Positions 1 to 9,951 of a stretch of 64,000 nt of DNA are shown here, in pieces; position 1 is the stretch's first letter; every line of letters begins with the position of its first letter. Both the position numbers and the translations under genes were made by a program. Below the pieces are notes generated by a model, which did no database searches, was not told the DNA's origin, and worked only from the letters and a program-made list of their open reading frames with translations. The stretch is from Candidatus Heimdallarchaeota archaeon (GTDB taxonomy: Archaea; Asgardarchaeota; Heimdallarchaeia; JABLTI01). The stretch lies in contig DXJV01000059.1 of assembly GCA_019056785.1 (NCBI GenBank), forward strand, positions 62,297-126,296. Reading direction: 5' to 3'.

Positions 1-1184
1 TCGAGGAAGCGCATAGCTGCCCTGTTTGGATCACTCGAGCGATAAATGTATCTACCCACGATAATGATATCAGCACCGGCTTTCAATGCATCATTTAATG
101 GTTTGCCGGGTTTCAAACCTCCAGCAACTGCTGCCAGTCCGCCAGTAATCTTTTTGATTTGTTTAATGTCGCCCCAAACGCTTCGTGAAGCAGACGTGCC
201 TTCTTTCTTTGCTGCGCCGGTTTTCTGAGCATCTTCTTGATCAATGCCACGATGAAGAATAACCACTTTTGGCTTTTCTTTTAAGCGTCCCAGCATCGCC
301 AGAAATTCTGTCTGTGTGGTATTAAGAGAGTCAATCCAGGCATGGACTCCTCGTTTATTACAGGCACGAATGAACTCGGCAATGGTGCTTTCCGGAGCAA
401 TCCCGGACACTACAACCGCATTTGCAGTGGCATCTGCAGCAGCATTTACTTCCGCTCGTCCTACATCGAGAGTTTTCATATCAGCAATAATGTACGCGCC
501 CGGTTTGATCTGGCGCATTCGACCGACAGTTTCTTCAATGCCGTATTTTTTGATGTAAGGTGTACCAATTTCAATGATGATCCGCTCTGACTTTGGTAGT
601 TGTTCAACAATTTTAACTGCTTGAGATAGCGAACCAACATCTAAAGCTATTTGTAAATAAGGCGGGTTCCAAAGAGTTTGTGGTTTGAATTTCATCACGG
701 GATGCTTAGCACGGTCCTTTTCAGCAATGAGTTTCTTGAGTGGTGGATAGTCGCTTAGAGCACGCTTAATTGCTAAGCGGGTAGCACCATAATTGTAATA
801 ATAAATTTTGGATTCATCTTCGGCTTTTGGATGAATGTATACACTAACAATAATAACATATTTGAAAAGCTTCTCTTGGGGAATGTCACCTTCTGCAGCG
901 GCATCGGCGACGGCTTTAGCAACAGCCATTTGTGCCGGGCCAAAAATCTTTCCCGCTTGGTCGAGATTTTCAATTGTTACTTTCGGGACAATAAGTGTAC
1001 GGGGGTGCGGTTGCAAGTTTGGTTTTATTAATGCTAACAAGGGTGTGTGGCCTTGTGAAAGCTGTGTCATACCATTTGCAAAAGCATGACCAACCGGTCC
1101 ATCCTTATCGCCGATCATTAGATCAACATGCGCAAGTTCATTTCCCTTTCCCTGTAAAGCTTCACCTATGAAAAAGTCTGCCAA
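1..1184 (-). CDS. fae-hps: Bifunctional formaldehyde-activating enzyme / 3-hexulose-6-phosphate synthase (3' end runs off the window)
   Basis: Not in the ORF track; I translated it manually. TTG start at 1184 after a GGTGG SD-like motif: MADFFIGEALQGKGNELAHVDLMIGDKDGPVGHAFANGMTQLSQGHTPLLA...PKVTI...IFGPAQMAVAKAVAD...YNYGATRLAIKRA (Fae domain). Then PYLQIALD...IEIGTPYIKKYG...ADMKTLDVG...HRGIDQE...AVAGG...IVGRYI (HPS barrel). No stop before position 1. Confidence 0.93.
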   Translation of the reverse strand, partial: MADFFIGEALQGKGNELAHVDLMIGDKDGPVGHAFANGMTQLSQGHTPLLALIKPNLQPHPRTLIVPKVTIENLDQAGKIFGPAQMAVAKAVADAAAEGDIPQEKLFKYVIIVSVYIHPKAEDESKIYYYNYGATRLAIKRALSDYPPLKKLIAEKDRAKHPVMKFKPQTLWNPPYLQIALDVGSLSQAVKIVEQLPKSERIIIEIGTPYIKKYGIEETVGRMRQIKPGAYIIADMKTLDVGRAEVNAAADATANAVVVSGIAPESTIAEFIRACNKRGVHAWIDSLNTTQTEFLAMLGRLKEKPKVVILHRGIDQEDAQKTGAAKKEGTSASRSVWGDIKQIKKITGGLAAVAGGLKPGKPLNDALKAGADIIIVGRYIYRSSDPNRAAMRFL

Positions 1185-1476
1185 TTTTTTTAAAACCACC
1201 GGGGTCATTTTTTTTACTTTGTGTGTTAACTTCGAAGGCTTAACTTTATTAAGTTATCTAATTTTGTAATAATTCCCAGATAATATTTTCAAGAGAAGAA
1301 GGCTTAGAAATGTTAAAAGCTGGGAGACCTGTTGCTCTTTTTTATTCTTTGATTGGAAATGCTATCATATTGAAACATAATCAAATTCGAGATTACTTTT
1401 TCAAGCAACAATGATGAATTCAGATTTTTTTCATAAGAATGTCTATGCAAATTGTCATTCATTTGTACCATTGTGA

Positions 1477-2268
1477 TTAATATTTCATGCTAATTCTCTT
1501 TTGAATCTCCTTCTCGAAATTTGTTGTTCGATAGAATTTCTCGCGGAGCATAGAAAGAAGTATCTTTAGATACGCCTTTTTTACATCATAAAAATCTCTG
1601 GCCGGAACCTCAGAAATTCCTCCACCTGGGAAATGAATTTCGTATTTCTTAACTAAACCTAGAAATTTCTTCTTTAAATGAATGCTATTTGCAGCAATTT
1701 CATTTGCTTCCAAAGATAATTGATAATCAATGGCTTTTGCTTCGAGGAGAAGTTCTCTTTCAAGCTCAGATGAGATTTTCCCTGTGAATTTTGGTAAGAA
1801 GATTTTTTGCAAATAATCTTCAACAGTGATAAAAATTTTCAATCCATCATCTGTTAGTTGAGTAAAATAGCTACGTAGTACAGTCAAAGTTTGCTGGGTA
1901 TTCTTCTCAATTGTCTTTAAGATTTCACTACTTGGTAAGAAAAAAACAGTTACTAAGGGTAAAATGTCACTCCCAACGGGATTAGGGTTATAAGAATAAT
2001 ATAGATCGTTTATAATACTAGCAATAATTTGCTCTCTCTTAAACTGCCTTTTTCGCTTGCATTGTTGGTTAGTTGAGGCCGAAGCGATGCAAATAAACTC
2101 CCCTTCGATTAACAAACCAATTTCAGGTGCAACAGAAACAAGCTCCTCCTCTGAAATTTGGCAAATTGTTGCCACCCAATTAAGTCTGGCTTTCTTTTGT
2201 TTCTTAACTAAATCATAAATCTCTGACTTCTTTGCAGGAGAAATGGTGTCCAAAATAAATCCCCACAT
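1477..2268 (-). CDS. Hypothetical protein (possible N-terminal winged-helix-like segment)
   Basis: 263-aa ORF filling the gap between flanking genes; no recognisable catalytic motif. Confidence 0.6.
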   Translation of the reverse strand: MWGFILDTISPAKKSEIYDLVKKQKKARLNWVATICQISEEELVSVAPEIGLLIEGEFICIASASTNQQCKRKRQFKREQIIASIINDLYYSYNPNPVGSDILPLVTVFFLPSSEILKTIEKNTQQTLTVLRSYFTQLTDDGLKIFITVEDYLQKIFLPKFTGKISSELERELLLEAKAIDYQLSLEANEIAANSIHLKKKFLGLVKKYEIHFPGGGISEVPARDFYDVKKAYLKILLSMLREKFYRTTNFEKEIQKRISMKY

Positions 2269-2486
2269 AAAACTGTGTTTTGGTATTCACCTTTTTTCAA
2301 AATTTAAAATTTTTTATTATTCGAACAGGTGAAATTTCTTTGAAAGATTCCTATGAGAGTGCTTATCTTTTCCCATATAAAAAAGCGTTTTTATTTTCCA
2401 TTTCAGGAGAGTTTTCAAACCAATTCTAAACGGAAATTTTTATTTAATGAAAAAACATAATTACCTAAATACGAAGGCAGTTTATT

Positions 2487-3365
2487 ATGTGGCGAAAAAG
2501 CCCCGTCCCCTTTCTAAAAGGGAAGAGACCTCTTGTAATGGCACATCGGGGGGACAGTGCAAATACCCCTGAAAACAGTCTACGGGCATATGAAGACGCT
2601 TACAAGTTGAAAGTGGATGTTATAGAAACAGATTTGAGAATCACACGTGATGATGAAATTGTCTTTTTTCATGATGCTCGCGTAGACCGGACGACAAATG
2701 GGAAGGGTACAGTGAAATCTCTAACGCTTAGAGAACTCAAAAAATTAGATATGGGCTATCGTTTCAAAGGTGTTGGGGAATTGGAGGGAAGTTATCCTTT
2801 TCGAGGAAAGGGATTACAAATCCAAACGCTTGAAGAAGTCCTGACCCGCTTCCCAGATATGAAATTTAATATGGACATAAAAGACACTCTTTCGCGTGCC
2901 CCGACAGTCTTGGCTCGAAAAATCAAAGAGTTAAATGCCGAAGATCGAGTAATGATTGGTTCTTTCCATCACAAACAACTTAAAGGCTTTCGACTCCAGT
3001 CAGGTGCTCCGACTAGTGCAAGCCCTCAAGAGGTCTGGAAATTCAAAAGAGGTGTTTACAGGTGGTTCAAGAAGAATAAGCCTTTCACGTTCTCTGATGA
3101 CCTTGTTTTGGAGCAAGAAGAAGTTGTGGGAGAGCCATTGCCTTACTTTGCGTTGCAAATTCCAGAAAAAATCTTTGGCATGAGAATTTTTTATGGTCCT
3201 GAATTTTTCAAACTATGCCATTTAGTTGAAATTGCTGTACATATTTGGACAGTAAATGAGCCCGGCGACATGTTCAGGCTGCTTGATTGGGGTGTTGATG
3301 GTATATTCTCAGATAAACCGAAGATGCTTTTAGATATTGTTAATTTCAAATTTGGCTCCAAATAG
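2487..3365 (+). CDS. Glycerophosphodiester phosphodiesterase (GDPD family)
   Basis: AHRG...PENSL, IETDLRITRD, FHD..VDRTTNG, NMDIK, WTVN...GVDGIFSD motifs. Confidence 0.93.
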   Translation: MWRKSPVPFLKGKRPLVMAHRGDSANTPENSLRAYEDAYKLKVDVIETDLRITRDDEIVFFHDARVDRTTNGKGTVKSLTLRELKKLDMGYRFKGVGELEGSYPFRGKGLQIQTLEEVLTRFPDMKFNMDIKDTLSRAPTVLARKIKELNAEDRVMIGSFHHKQLKGFRLQSGAPTSASPQEVWKFKRGVYRWFKKNKPFTFSDDLVLEQEEVVGEPLPYFALQIPEKIFGMRIFYGPEFFKLCHLVEIAVHIWTVNEPGDMFRLLDWGVDGIFSDKPKMLLDIVNFKFGSK

Positions 3366-3507
3366 CATACCAAATAAATGATTTTTTTATACATGCAAGT
3401 CACATTATGTGACCTCACAAGAAGAAGTCTCTTTTTGAGTCCCCAAAAAGTGAATTTTCTTTTTATATGGTAACTATTAGTGACTAATTATGACTCATAA
3501 TTTGTGA

Positions 3508-4683
3508 ATGAAAATGGTTATTCATCAACGAATAGAAATACCAAAAAGAAAGAAGGTCAAATTAACAGAAGTAGATGGCGACCTGAAAATTGGCAAGGGA
3601 GCTTTTCTAATAGCTGAGAAAGGGACAATTATAGTCCATGGTCGAATTAAGAACAATGGGGGATTCAAATGTAAAGGTAATCTTGAAGCACGCTCATTAG
3701 AAACCAAGTCAGGTTCGGTGTTTGTGTTCGGCGATCTAACATGTCAAAGAGAGGTTACTATTGGAAAGAAGCTTGTTGTAAATGGTAAAATTACCGCAGA
3801 AGAAGTTTCGGCAGGGAAAGCAGTTATAGTTTTTAAAGGAGCTAAAGTTGATAAAATTACTGCTGGTTCACGAATTATTATTAAGGGAACAAACAACGTA
3901 GAACAGCTACGAGCAGGTGGCCTTGTCCGATTAATTGGCGAAAATCATCTACAAGCAGTAAATGCAGGTAGGAAAGTTAGCCTTTTAGGAAACACTTTTG
4001 TTGAAAATGTCAGGGCAGGTTTCAGTATTTTCTTTGAAAAAGGAAAAATTGAGCGTGCGAGTGCAGGCTTTTCTATCACAATAAAAGGGCCGGCTGAAAT
4101 TGCGACAGCAAATGCTGGGTTCCAAATAAAATTCCTGAATAAAATATCAATCGAAAAAGCAAATGCAGGCTTTCGGATCAAAGCTTTCCAACCAGTCACT
4201 TTTCAGAAAATGAATGCTGGCTTTCAAATTACCCTCTTAAAAGAAAGCTCAGGACAGGCAATAAATGCAGGTTTTAAAATAAGTGCTTTGGAGAACTTGG
4301 CAATTGAGGATCGTCTTTCCGCAGGACACAAATGCAAGCTGAGACAATTAACGTGCACAGTTATCTCTGCAGGCAAAAAAATTGTCGCGAAAAAAATTAT
4401 TGCCAACTCATTTGCTGTTGCCAAAAAGGGAGTCGTTAAAGGAATCATTATTGCAGATGAAGTGCTACTAAAAGAAAAAGCTCGAGCAAGCAACATATAT
4501 GCAAAAGAATTGACATTGTACGAAGAGAGCGTTGCAAGAAACGTCTATGCAGAAAAAATCACCCTCGAAAATTATGCTAAGCTTAAAGGGAAAGTGTTTT
4601 ATGTTAAAGAATTAAACGCCGAACCGAAAGCAAAAATAAAAACGAAACCGATTCAAGTCAGCGAATTGCCATCACCACCTTAA
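3508..4683 (+). CDS. Beta-helical repeat protein, bactofilin/polymer-forming-cytoskeletal-like
   Basis: About 17-aa periodic repeats (xxNAGFxIxxxxxxxIE) flanked by G-rich beta repeats; paralogous to the next gene. Confidence 0.7.
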   Translation: MKMVIHQRIEIPKRKKVKLTEVDGDLKIGKGAFLIAEKGTIIVHGRIKNNGGFKCKGNLEARSLETKSGSVFVFGDLTCQREVTIGKKLVVNGKITAEEVSAGKAVIVFKGAKVDKITAGSRIIIKGTNNVEQLRAGGLVRLIGENHLQAVNAGRKVSLLGNTFVENVRAGFSIFFEKGKIERASAGFSITIKGPAEIATANAGFQIKFLNKISIEKANAGFRIKAFQPVTFQKMNAGFQITLLKESSGQAINAGFKISALENLAIEDRLSAGHKCKLRQLTCTVISAGKKIVAKKIIANSFAVAKKGVVKGIIIADEVLLKEKARASNIYAKELTLYEESVARNVYAEKITLENYAKLKGKVFYVKELNAEPKAKIKTKPIQVSELPSPP

Positions 4684-4852
4684 ATTCTAAAACAGATCTA
4701 ATATCCAGAAAAGAGAAAAAGCTTTCAAAAACATACAGAAGATAAGAGTATGTCGATCATTCGATGCTTTTTCTTAATTAAGAAGGAATAGACATAAAAA
4801 TAAACATACGAATTGTTGGATACATTTTGTGAATAGACTTTAAAAAACGACA

Positions 4853-6055
4853 ATGAAAAAATCCTTAGAAGGCTTCCTAATGTACGAACTGGTAGTAAAA
4901 AAAGGACAACAGGTAACCCTTAGTAAAGTTAATGGAAATCTGTTAATAAATGACAATGCCGAACTTATCGCTGAAGAGAGTACCATTAAAGTCGAGGGTG
5001 CAATTGTTGTTAAAGGGCATTTTTTCTGTAAGGGAAATCTTCAGGCCCAAAGCCTTGAAGCACGGAAAGGCAGTGGGGAAATTCTTGGTAATTTGGAGTT
5101 GCATCATTTTGCTATTGTTGGAAATAGTCTTGATATTGGCGGGAATTTTTCATGCCCTGACATTTCCGTTGGAAATAGTCTTCACATTGAGGTAGATGTT
5201 ACTGCAAAGACAATAAAAGTAGGGAATAAACTTCGAGTTGGAGGAGCAGCAAAAGTTGAGACTGTAAAGGCCGGCGGAATTGCTAAAATTTTTGGCAGAG
5301 CAACAATTGGTACTCTAATTGTTGGTGGTACTGCAAAGCTACTTGATACTGCAGAAATAAAGGAATTGAAGGTTGGTGGGGTTGCTAAAATAGCCGGCGG
5401 AAAAATTGCTGTGATTAAAGTTGGTGGAGCCTTACAGGTAGCGGACGAATTTGAAGCTGAACAAATTGACGTTGGTGGTTCGGCTTCTTTTAAGGCCCAT
5501 GCAAAGGTAGGCAATGTTGAAATTGGTGGAAACTTAACTTGTGCGACAGACCTCAAGTTTAGAACCATTGATGTGGGGGGAGGGATGAGCGTAGAGGGAA
5601 ATCTTATGGGTGAAAGTTTGAAGGTGGGTGGGATAATAAAATGCGGCGGTAAATTGACATGTGAAAAACGACTTGTTGTTGGCGGTCAATGCAAAAGTAC
5701 TCTCACAATTAAAGCAAAAGAAATTGATGTCAATAAAAAAATTGATGCTCCAACAATAGTGGCACAGTTTTTCAAGTTGAGACGACGAGGAACAGCCATT
5801 GGAACAATCGTTGCTAAGAATGTTATCATTGGTTCTCGTGCAACAATTGAAGACGTCTTTGGTGAGGAGATCTTATTGGAAGAGTATTCCAAGGCTAACA
5901 ACCTTTATGGCGCGAACATTTCGTTAGAAGAAGGCGTAAAGGTTACAGGTGAAATACTCTATCAAACATCTTTATATCAGGATTCAACTACTAGCATTAA
6001 AACCCCTCCAAAACAAGTGCAACAGTTACCCCCGCCTTTTGGGGCAGAGCAGTAG
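4853..6055 (+). CDS. Beta-helical repeat protein, bactofilin/polymer-forming-cytoskeletal-like (paralog)
   Basis: About 17-aa repeats (xIxVGGxxxxxGxxxxE). N- and C-terminal blocks align by eye with 3508-4683. Start may be ATG 4880. Confidence 0.7.
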   Translation: MKKSLEGFLMYELVVKKGQQVTLSKVNGNLLINDNAELIAEESTIKVEGAIVVKGHFFCKGNLQAQSLEARKGSGEILGNLELHHFAIVGNSLDIGGNFSCPDISVGNSLHIEVDVTAKTIKVGNKLRVGGAAKVETVKAGGIAKIFGRATIGTLIVGGTAKLLDTAEIKELKVGGVAKIAGGKIAVIKVGGALQVADEFEAEQIDVGGSASFKAHAKVGNVEIGGNLTCATDLKFRTIDVGGGMSVEGNLMGESLKVGGIIKCGGKLTCEKRLVVGGQCKSTLTIKAKEIDVNKKIDAPTIVAQFFKLRRRGTAIGTIVAKNVIIGSRATIEDVFGEEILLEEYSKANNLYGANISLEEGVKVTGEILYQTSLYQDSTTSIKTPPKQVQQLPPPFGAEQ

Positions 6056-6177
6056 GCTATTACAGGATATAAAAAGTAATTTTAAGTTAGGCAAAAATTC
6101 TTAAGTGTTTAATTTGATAACATACAAAAATATTAAATGCAATATCAAACAAATCTTCAAAAAGAGGAGGATATCAA

Positions 6178-7269
6178 TTGATTAAGACCTTAAAAAGAAT
6201 GTCAAGAGTCTATATCTTTACCTTTGCACTTATTTTTATAACTGCTGCTTCAACTTACACCGCAATGGGTGCAACAGATTTTAAAGGAATAAAATCTATC
6301 AAGCCAGGTTTGAATAATGCCTTCCGGTATTCGATCAGGAATTTCAAGAATCAGCGATTCACTATAAGTGTATTCTTTAATGAAACTGTACCTACTTCTT
6401 ATTGGCTCTTAGTTTTTTGTATTGACAGACAAACCTTGACAGATCTCGAGCAAGGAAGGTTGACGCCTTACAATCTTACTGAGACCTCAGGAGAATATCT
6501 CTTTTATTATAATGTCTCACATTCAGAATATTTTGAAGTAACAGAAGTCATTCCTGATTGGGAAGAATGGACGTTTATGTTTTTAAACTTGAATGAAAAT
6601 GAAATGATGACTTATATTACCATTAAAAGACAGCATGTTTTATGGTGGCTGGGTCTCCTCCTCCCACTGCTTGCCATTGGCGGTTTAGTTTCCTATTATG
6701 TAGCAGAACGAGTCACAAGATATGAACGTGCAAGAATGGATAATGAGAAAGCCATTAAAAAACTCTCCAGCAGGAAAGAAAGCGAACGAAAGAAAGGTGC
6801 TTATTGGCTTATTAGTAATGGTACAGAAAAAGAAATAGAAATTTTACGTAAAAAATTGGATGATGCCAATCCCATCGTACGGGAAAATGCTGCCTTTGCC
6901 TTAGGTGGGATTTCGAAACGGCTTGGAGATAAGAGCTCTTCAAAGATTCTCCTGGAAAAATACAAAGTAGAAACAGAGTTGCCCGTTAAAGAAAGCATTG
7001 TTGGTGCTCTCTGTGATGTTGGCGATATTTCAGCATTGTCTATTTTCGAAAAATATCTTCATAGCGAACATAATGAACAGCTGAGATATAAAATTGCTAC
7101 TGCTTTGGGTGACATTGGGCACATTAAAGCTGCAGCTACTCTGGTAAAAGTTTTAGAAAATAAAAATACTGATGCACTAAAATTTGCTGCAAGAAGATCT
7201 CTCGAGAAAATTGCTAAAAATACAAGTGAATCCGTTGAAAGTTTGATTAACAAATATTCCAAAAAGTAA
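6178..7269 (+). CDS. Single-pass membrane protein with C-terminal HEAT (PBS-lyase-type) repeats
   Basis: N-terminal hydrophobic signal, TM segment VLWWLGLLLPLLAIGGLVSYYV, then repeats VRENAAFALG / VKESIVGALCDVG / LRYKIATALGDIG / LKFAARRSLEKI. Confidence 0.75.
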   Translation: MIKTLKRMSRVYIFTFALIFITAASTYTAMGATDFKGIKSIKPGLNNAFRYSIRNFKNQRFTISVFFNETVPTSYWLLVFCIDRQTLTDLEQGRLTPYNLTETSGEYLFYYNVSHSEYFEVTEVIPDWEEWTFMFLNLNENEMMTYITIKRQHVLWWLGLLLPLLAIGGLVSYYVAERVTRYERARMDNEKAIKKLSSRKESERKKGAYWLISNGTEKEIEILRKKLDDANPIVRENAAFALGGISKRLGDKSSSKILLEKYKVETELPVKESIVGALCDVGDISALSIFEKYLHSEHNEQLRYKIATALGDIGHIKAAATLVKVLENKNTDALKFAARRSLEKIAKNTSESVESLINKYSKK

Positions 7270-7392
7270 ACTTTCAACTCTTTACTCTTTTTTTTTCTCG
7301 AGAATTTTTTTCAATTTCGTTCTTTCCCTTAAGAAAAAGTTCACTCATTTTTCTATTTGGCAAAAAACCTTTATATTATCTAATTAAATAAT

Positions 7393-8829
7393 ATGCAACT
7401 AGCCAACAATCAATTTTCAACGGTATCCCTCAAAATGAAGAAGGAGAGCACTGTTTTGTCAGGTGAAATCTATCAAAAAATCTTGAAAGAAAATTCATAT
7501 GAAAAGATGAAGGAGAAAAAGACAGGTTTGGTGGGGGTTCGTGTAGATATTAACAGCCCTTTAAGTGTAGATGAAATCGATGGGAAAATCTACAAACGGG
7601 TTGTTAAAAGCCCTAGAATGGATGTTTGCGCGGAAACAATTGTAAAAATAACAAAAATGGGTTATGTGCCGGTGATCTTTGCTCATCAGGGACGATACAC
7701 GAAAGATGGTCCGGATGCAAATTGTATTTCGCTCGAGTCACATGCTGACCTGCTTAATGGGATGTTGCACAACATCAATGTCCATTTTCAAAACGATTCG
7801 CTCCAAAATTTGAGTGAATATGATTTCATTGGACTTCAACCTGGCGATGCTGTTGTCTTAGAAAATACCCGGATGGAAATGATTCCTAATGTAGGAAGTT
7901 TGGAAAACAATTTAGAAGAAGGGCGAAAGATTTTCAATAAGGTTTTCGACCCTATTTTTGACTATTATATTATTGATGCCTTTCCAACTTCACATAGAGC
8001 AAACACCTCCTTAGCACCAGTTTTTGATACGACACCTATTCTTTTTGGACCGGAATTTATCAAAGAATTTGAGCAAATAGAGCGCATTCGTAAGCGCTTA
8101 TATTCCTCTCAACCAATTATGTTTGGTTTTGGTGGGGCGAAATTTGATAAACTGGAGAATATGAAAAAGATTCTTTCGAGGAAAAATGTCATTGCTTTCT
8201 TTGGTGGTATTCCTGCTCAACTCTTACTTCGAGCAGGGGGCTATTCTTTGGGAAAATTAAATAATGAATTCTTGGAAAATCGCGGGGTAGATGTTGCTAA
8301 AGAATTGCTTGAAGTGCTAAAAAATGGCGCAGATTTTTATCTTCCAATTGACTTTACAGTTAAGATTGGTGACGCTGGAAGAACCATTCGAACGCTTAGC
8401 ATTGCAGATGTAGCTAAACATGATGATGGAATGATCCTCGACATAGGTGAACACACTGTAAATTATTTCATTAATGATATTATTCTCTCCTTTCTGTCCT
8501 CTTCCTCTGGAATGTTCATTAAGAATAATAATGACCTAAAAGAGTTCGAGTGGTGTTTTGTTCAAGCTGGGCCCTTCGGCAAGGTGGACGAATATGGTTT
8601 GAATACCTTGCCCTTCATCGCTCGATTGCTGAAAAAGGATCTAAATATAACAATCTTAGGCGGTGATTCTGCAGCCTATATGCGTACCAGTGGCTTTGGA
8701 GATGCAATCGAGGTTATTCTCAGTGGTGGTGCAGCGTTGTCCTATCTTGCTACTGGGAAAATCAAATGTATCGATAAAAACCCCAACTTCCGAAAATATT
8801 TTGACCAGGCAACAACTAAAAAAGAATAA
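7393..8829 (+). CDS. pgk: Phosphoglycerate kinase (divergent)
   Basis: VRVDINSP, AHQGR, LENTR, DAFPTSHRANTS, GGAK.DK, ILDIG, GGDS, SGGAALSYL motifs. True start may be a few codons downstream. Confidence 0.85.
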   Translation: MQLANNQFSTVSLKMKKESTVLSGEIYQKILKENSYEKMKEKKTGLVGVRVDINSPLSVDEIDGKIYKRVVKSPRMDVCAETIVKITKMGYVPVIFAHQGRYTKDGPDANCISLESHADLLNGMLHNINVHFQNDSLQNLSEYDFIGLQPGDAVVLENTRMEMIPNVGSLENNLEEGRKIFNKVFDPIFDYYIIDAFPTSHRANTSLAPVFDTTPILFGPEFIKEFEQIERIRKRLYSSQPIMFGFGGAKFDKLENMKKILSRKNVIAFFGGIPAQLLLRAGGYSLGKLNNEFLENRGVDVAKELLEVLKNGADFYLPIDFTVKIGDAGRTIRTLSIADVAKHDDGMILDIGEHTVNYFINDIILSFLSSSSGMFIKNNNDLKEFEWCFVQAGPFGKVDEYGLNTLPFIARLLKKDLNITILGGDSAAYMRTSGFGDAIEVILSGGAALSYLATGKIKCIDKNPNFRKYFDQATTKKE

Positions 8830-8874
8830 AAATAGCTAATCATTAGTTCGGATCTTAAAGAAGGAATTTGCTTC

Positions 8875-9951
8875 ATGTCTCTCCCTGGATATACTATCAG
8901 CATTTTGGAGAAGCCAACAGCTAAGGAAAAAAAGCGAATAAGTAGTTTTCTTGAAACGATCGGTCTCGAGTATGAAGAAACGGTGGAGGTAAGTATAATC
9001 ATCACCGATGAAACCACTAACGAAATTGTTGGGACAGGCAGTTTTGAAGGGATGGTGATAAAATGTATGGGCGTGTCGCCTGCCCATCGTGGCCTTGGCT
9101 TTTCAGCTCATCTGCTCTCGTTGTTAGTAAAAGAAGAATTCAGAAGAGGGAGAGAACATCTCTTTATTTTCACGAGCCCAAAAAACCTGGATGAATCTTC
9201 AGGAAATGTTTTTAGTGGTTTTAAATTGATCGCTCAAACAGACGAGATTGCACTCCTCGAGATGGGACCGCAAACCATTCAAGATTATCTCGAGCAATTA
9301 AAAGGGGAATTGGACCGGAAAATAACCACATTCTCAATAAAACCAGCGCAAATTGGTGCTATTGTCGTTAATTGTAATCCTTTTACTTTAGGACACCAGT
9401 ATCTAATCGAAACTGCTGCTAAAGAATGTGACCTACTTATTGTTTTTGTTGTGACAGAAAATCGCTCTGTTTTTCCAACAGACGTACGTTTACAATTGGT
9501 AAAGGAAGGCACAAAGCATATCGAAAATGTTCTCGTCCTAGAAGGTGGAGAATACATTATATCACAAGCAACTTTCCCCCGATACTTTATGAAAGAATCC
9601 GGAAATATCTCACTTGCACAAGCGCGATTAGATGTAACGATTTTTGCTGAATACATCGTTCCAGCGTTGAAAATTACTAGGCGCTATGTTGGCGAAGAAC
9701 CTTTTTGCCCGGTAACACATGCTTATAATCAAGCAATGCAAGAAATTTTGGTCCCAAAAGGAATTGAGCTTAAAATTATCCCTCGAAAAGAATTGGATGG
9801 AGAGGCAATTAGTGCTTCTAAAGTTCGGAAATTACTGGTTGAAGGGAAATTTGACGCGATTGCTAAAATCGTTCCAAAAACGACATTGGATTTTCTCCGC
9901 TCACCTGCAGCAAAACCAATAATTAAAAAAATAAAAGAGAAGAGTGGTTAG
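8875..9951 (+). CDS. citC: [Citrate (pro-3S)-lyase] ligase
   Basis: N-terminal GNAT-like part (IKCMGVSPAHRGLG), then GAIVVNCNPFTLGHQYLIE, YIISQATFPRYF, RYVGEEPFCPVTHAYN, AISASKVR. Confidence 0.93.
   Translation: MSLPGYTISILEKPTAKEKKRISSFLETIGLEYEETVEVSIIITDETTNEIVGTGSFEGMVIKCMGVSPAHRGLGFSAHLLSLLVKEEFRRGREHLFIFTSPKNLDESSGNVFSGFKLIAQTDEIALLEMGPQTIQDYLEQLKGELDRKITTFSIKPAQIGAIVVNCNPFTLGHQYLIETAAKECDLLIVFVVTENRSVFPTDVRLQLVKEGTKHIENVLVLEGGEYIISQATFPRYFMKESGNISLAQARLDVTIFAEYIVPALKITRRYVGEEPFCPVTHAYNQAMQEILVPKGIELKIIPRKELDGEAISASKVRKLLVEGKFDAIAKIVPKTTLDFLRSPAAKPIIKKIKEKSG

Noticed and set aside
46-1089. Several short + strand ORFs in the ORF track
   Set aside because: They are antisense to the fae-hps gene, which explains the region.
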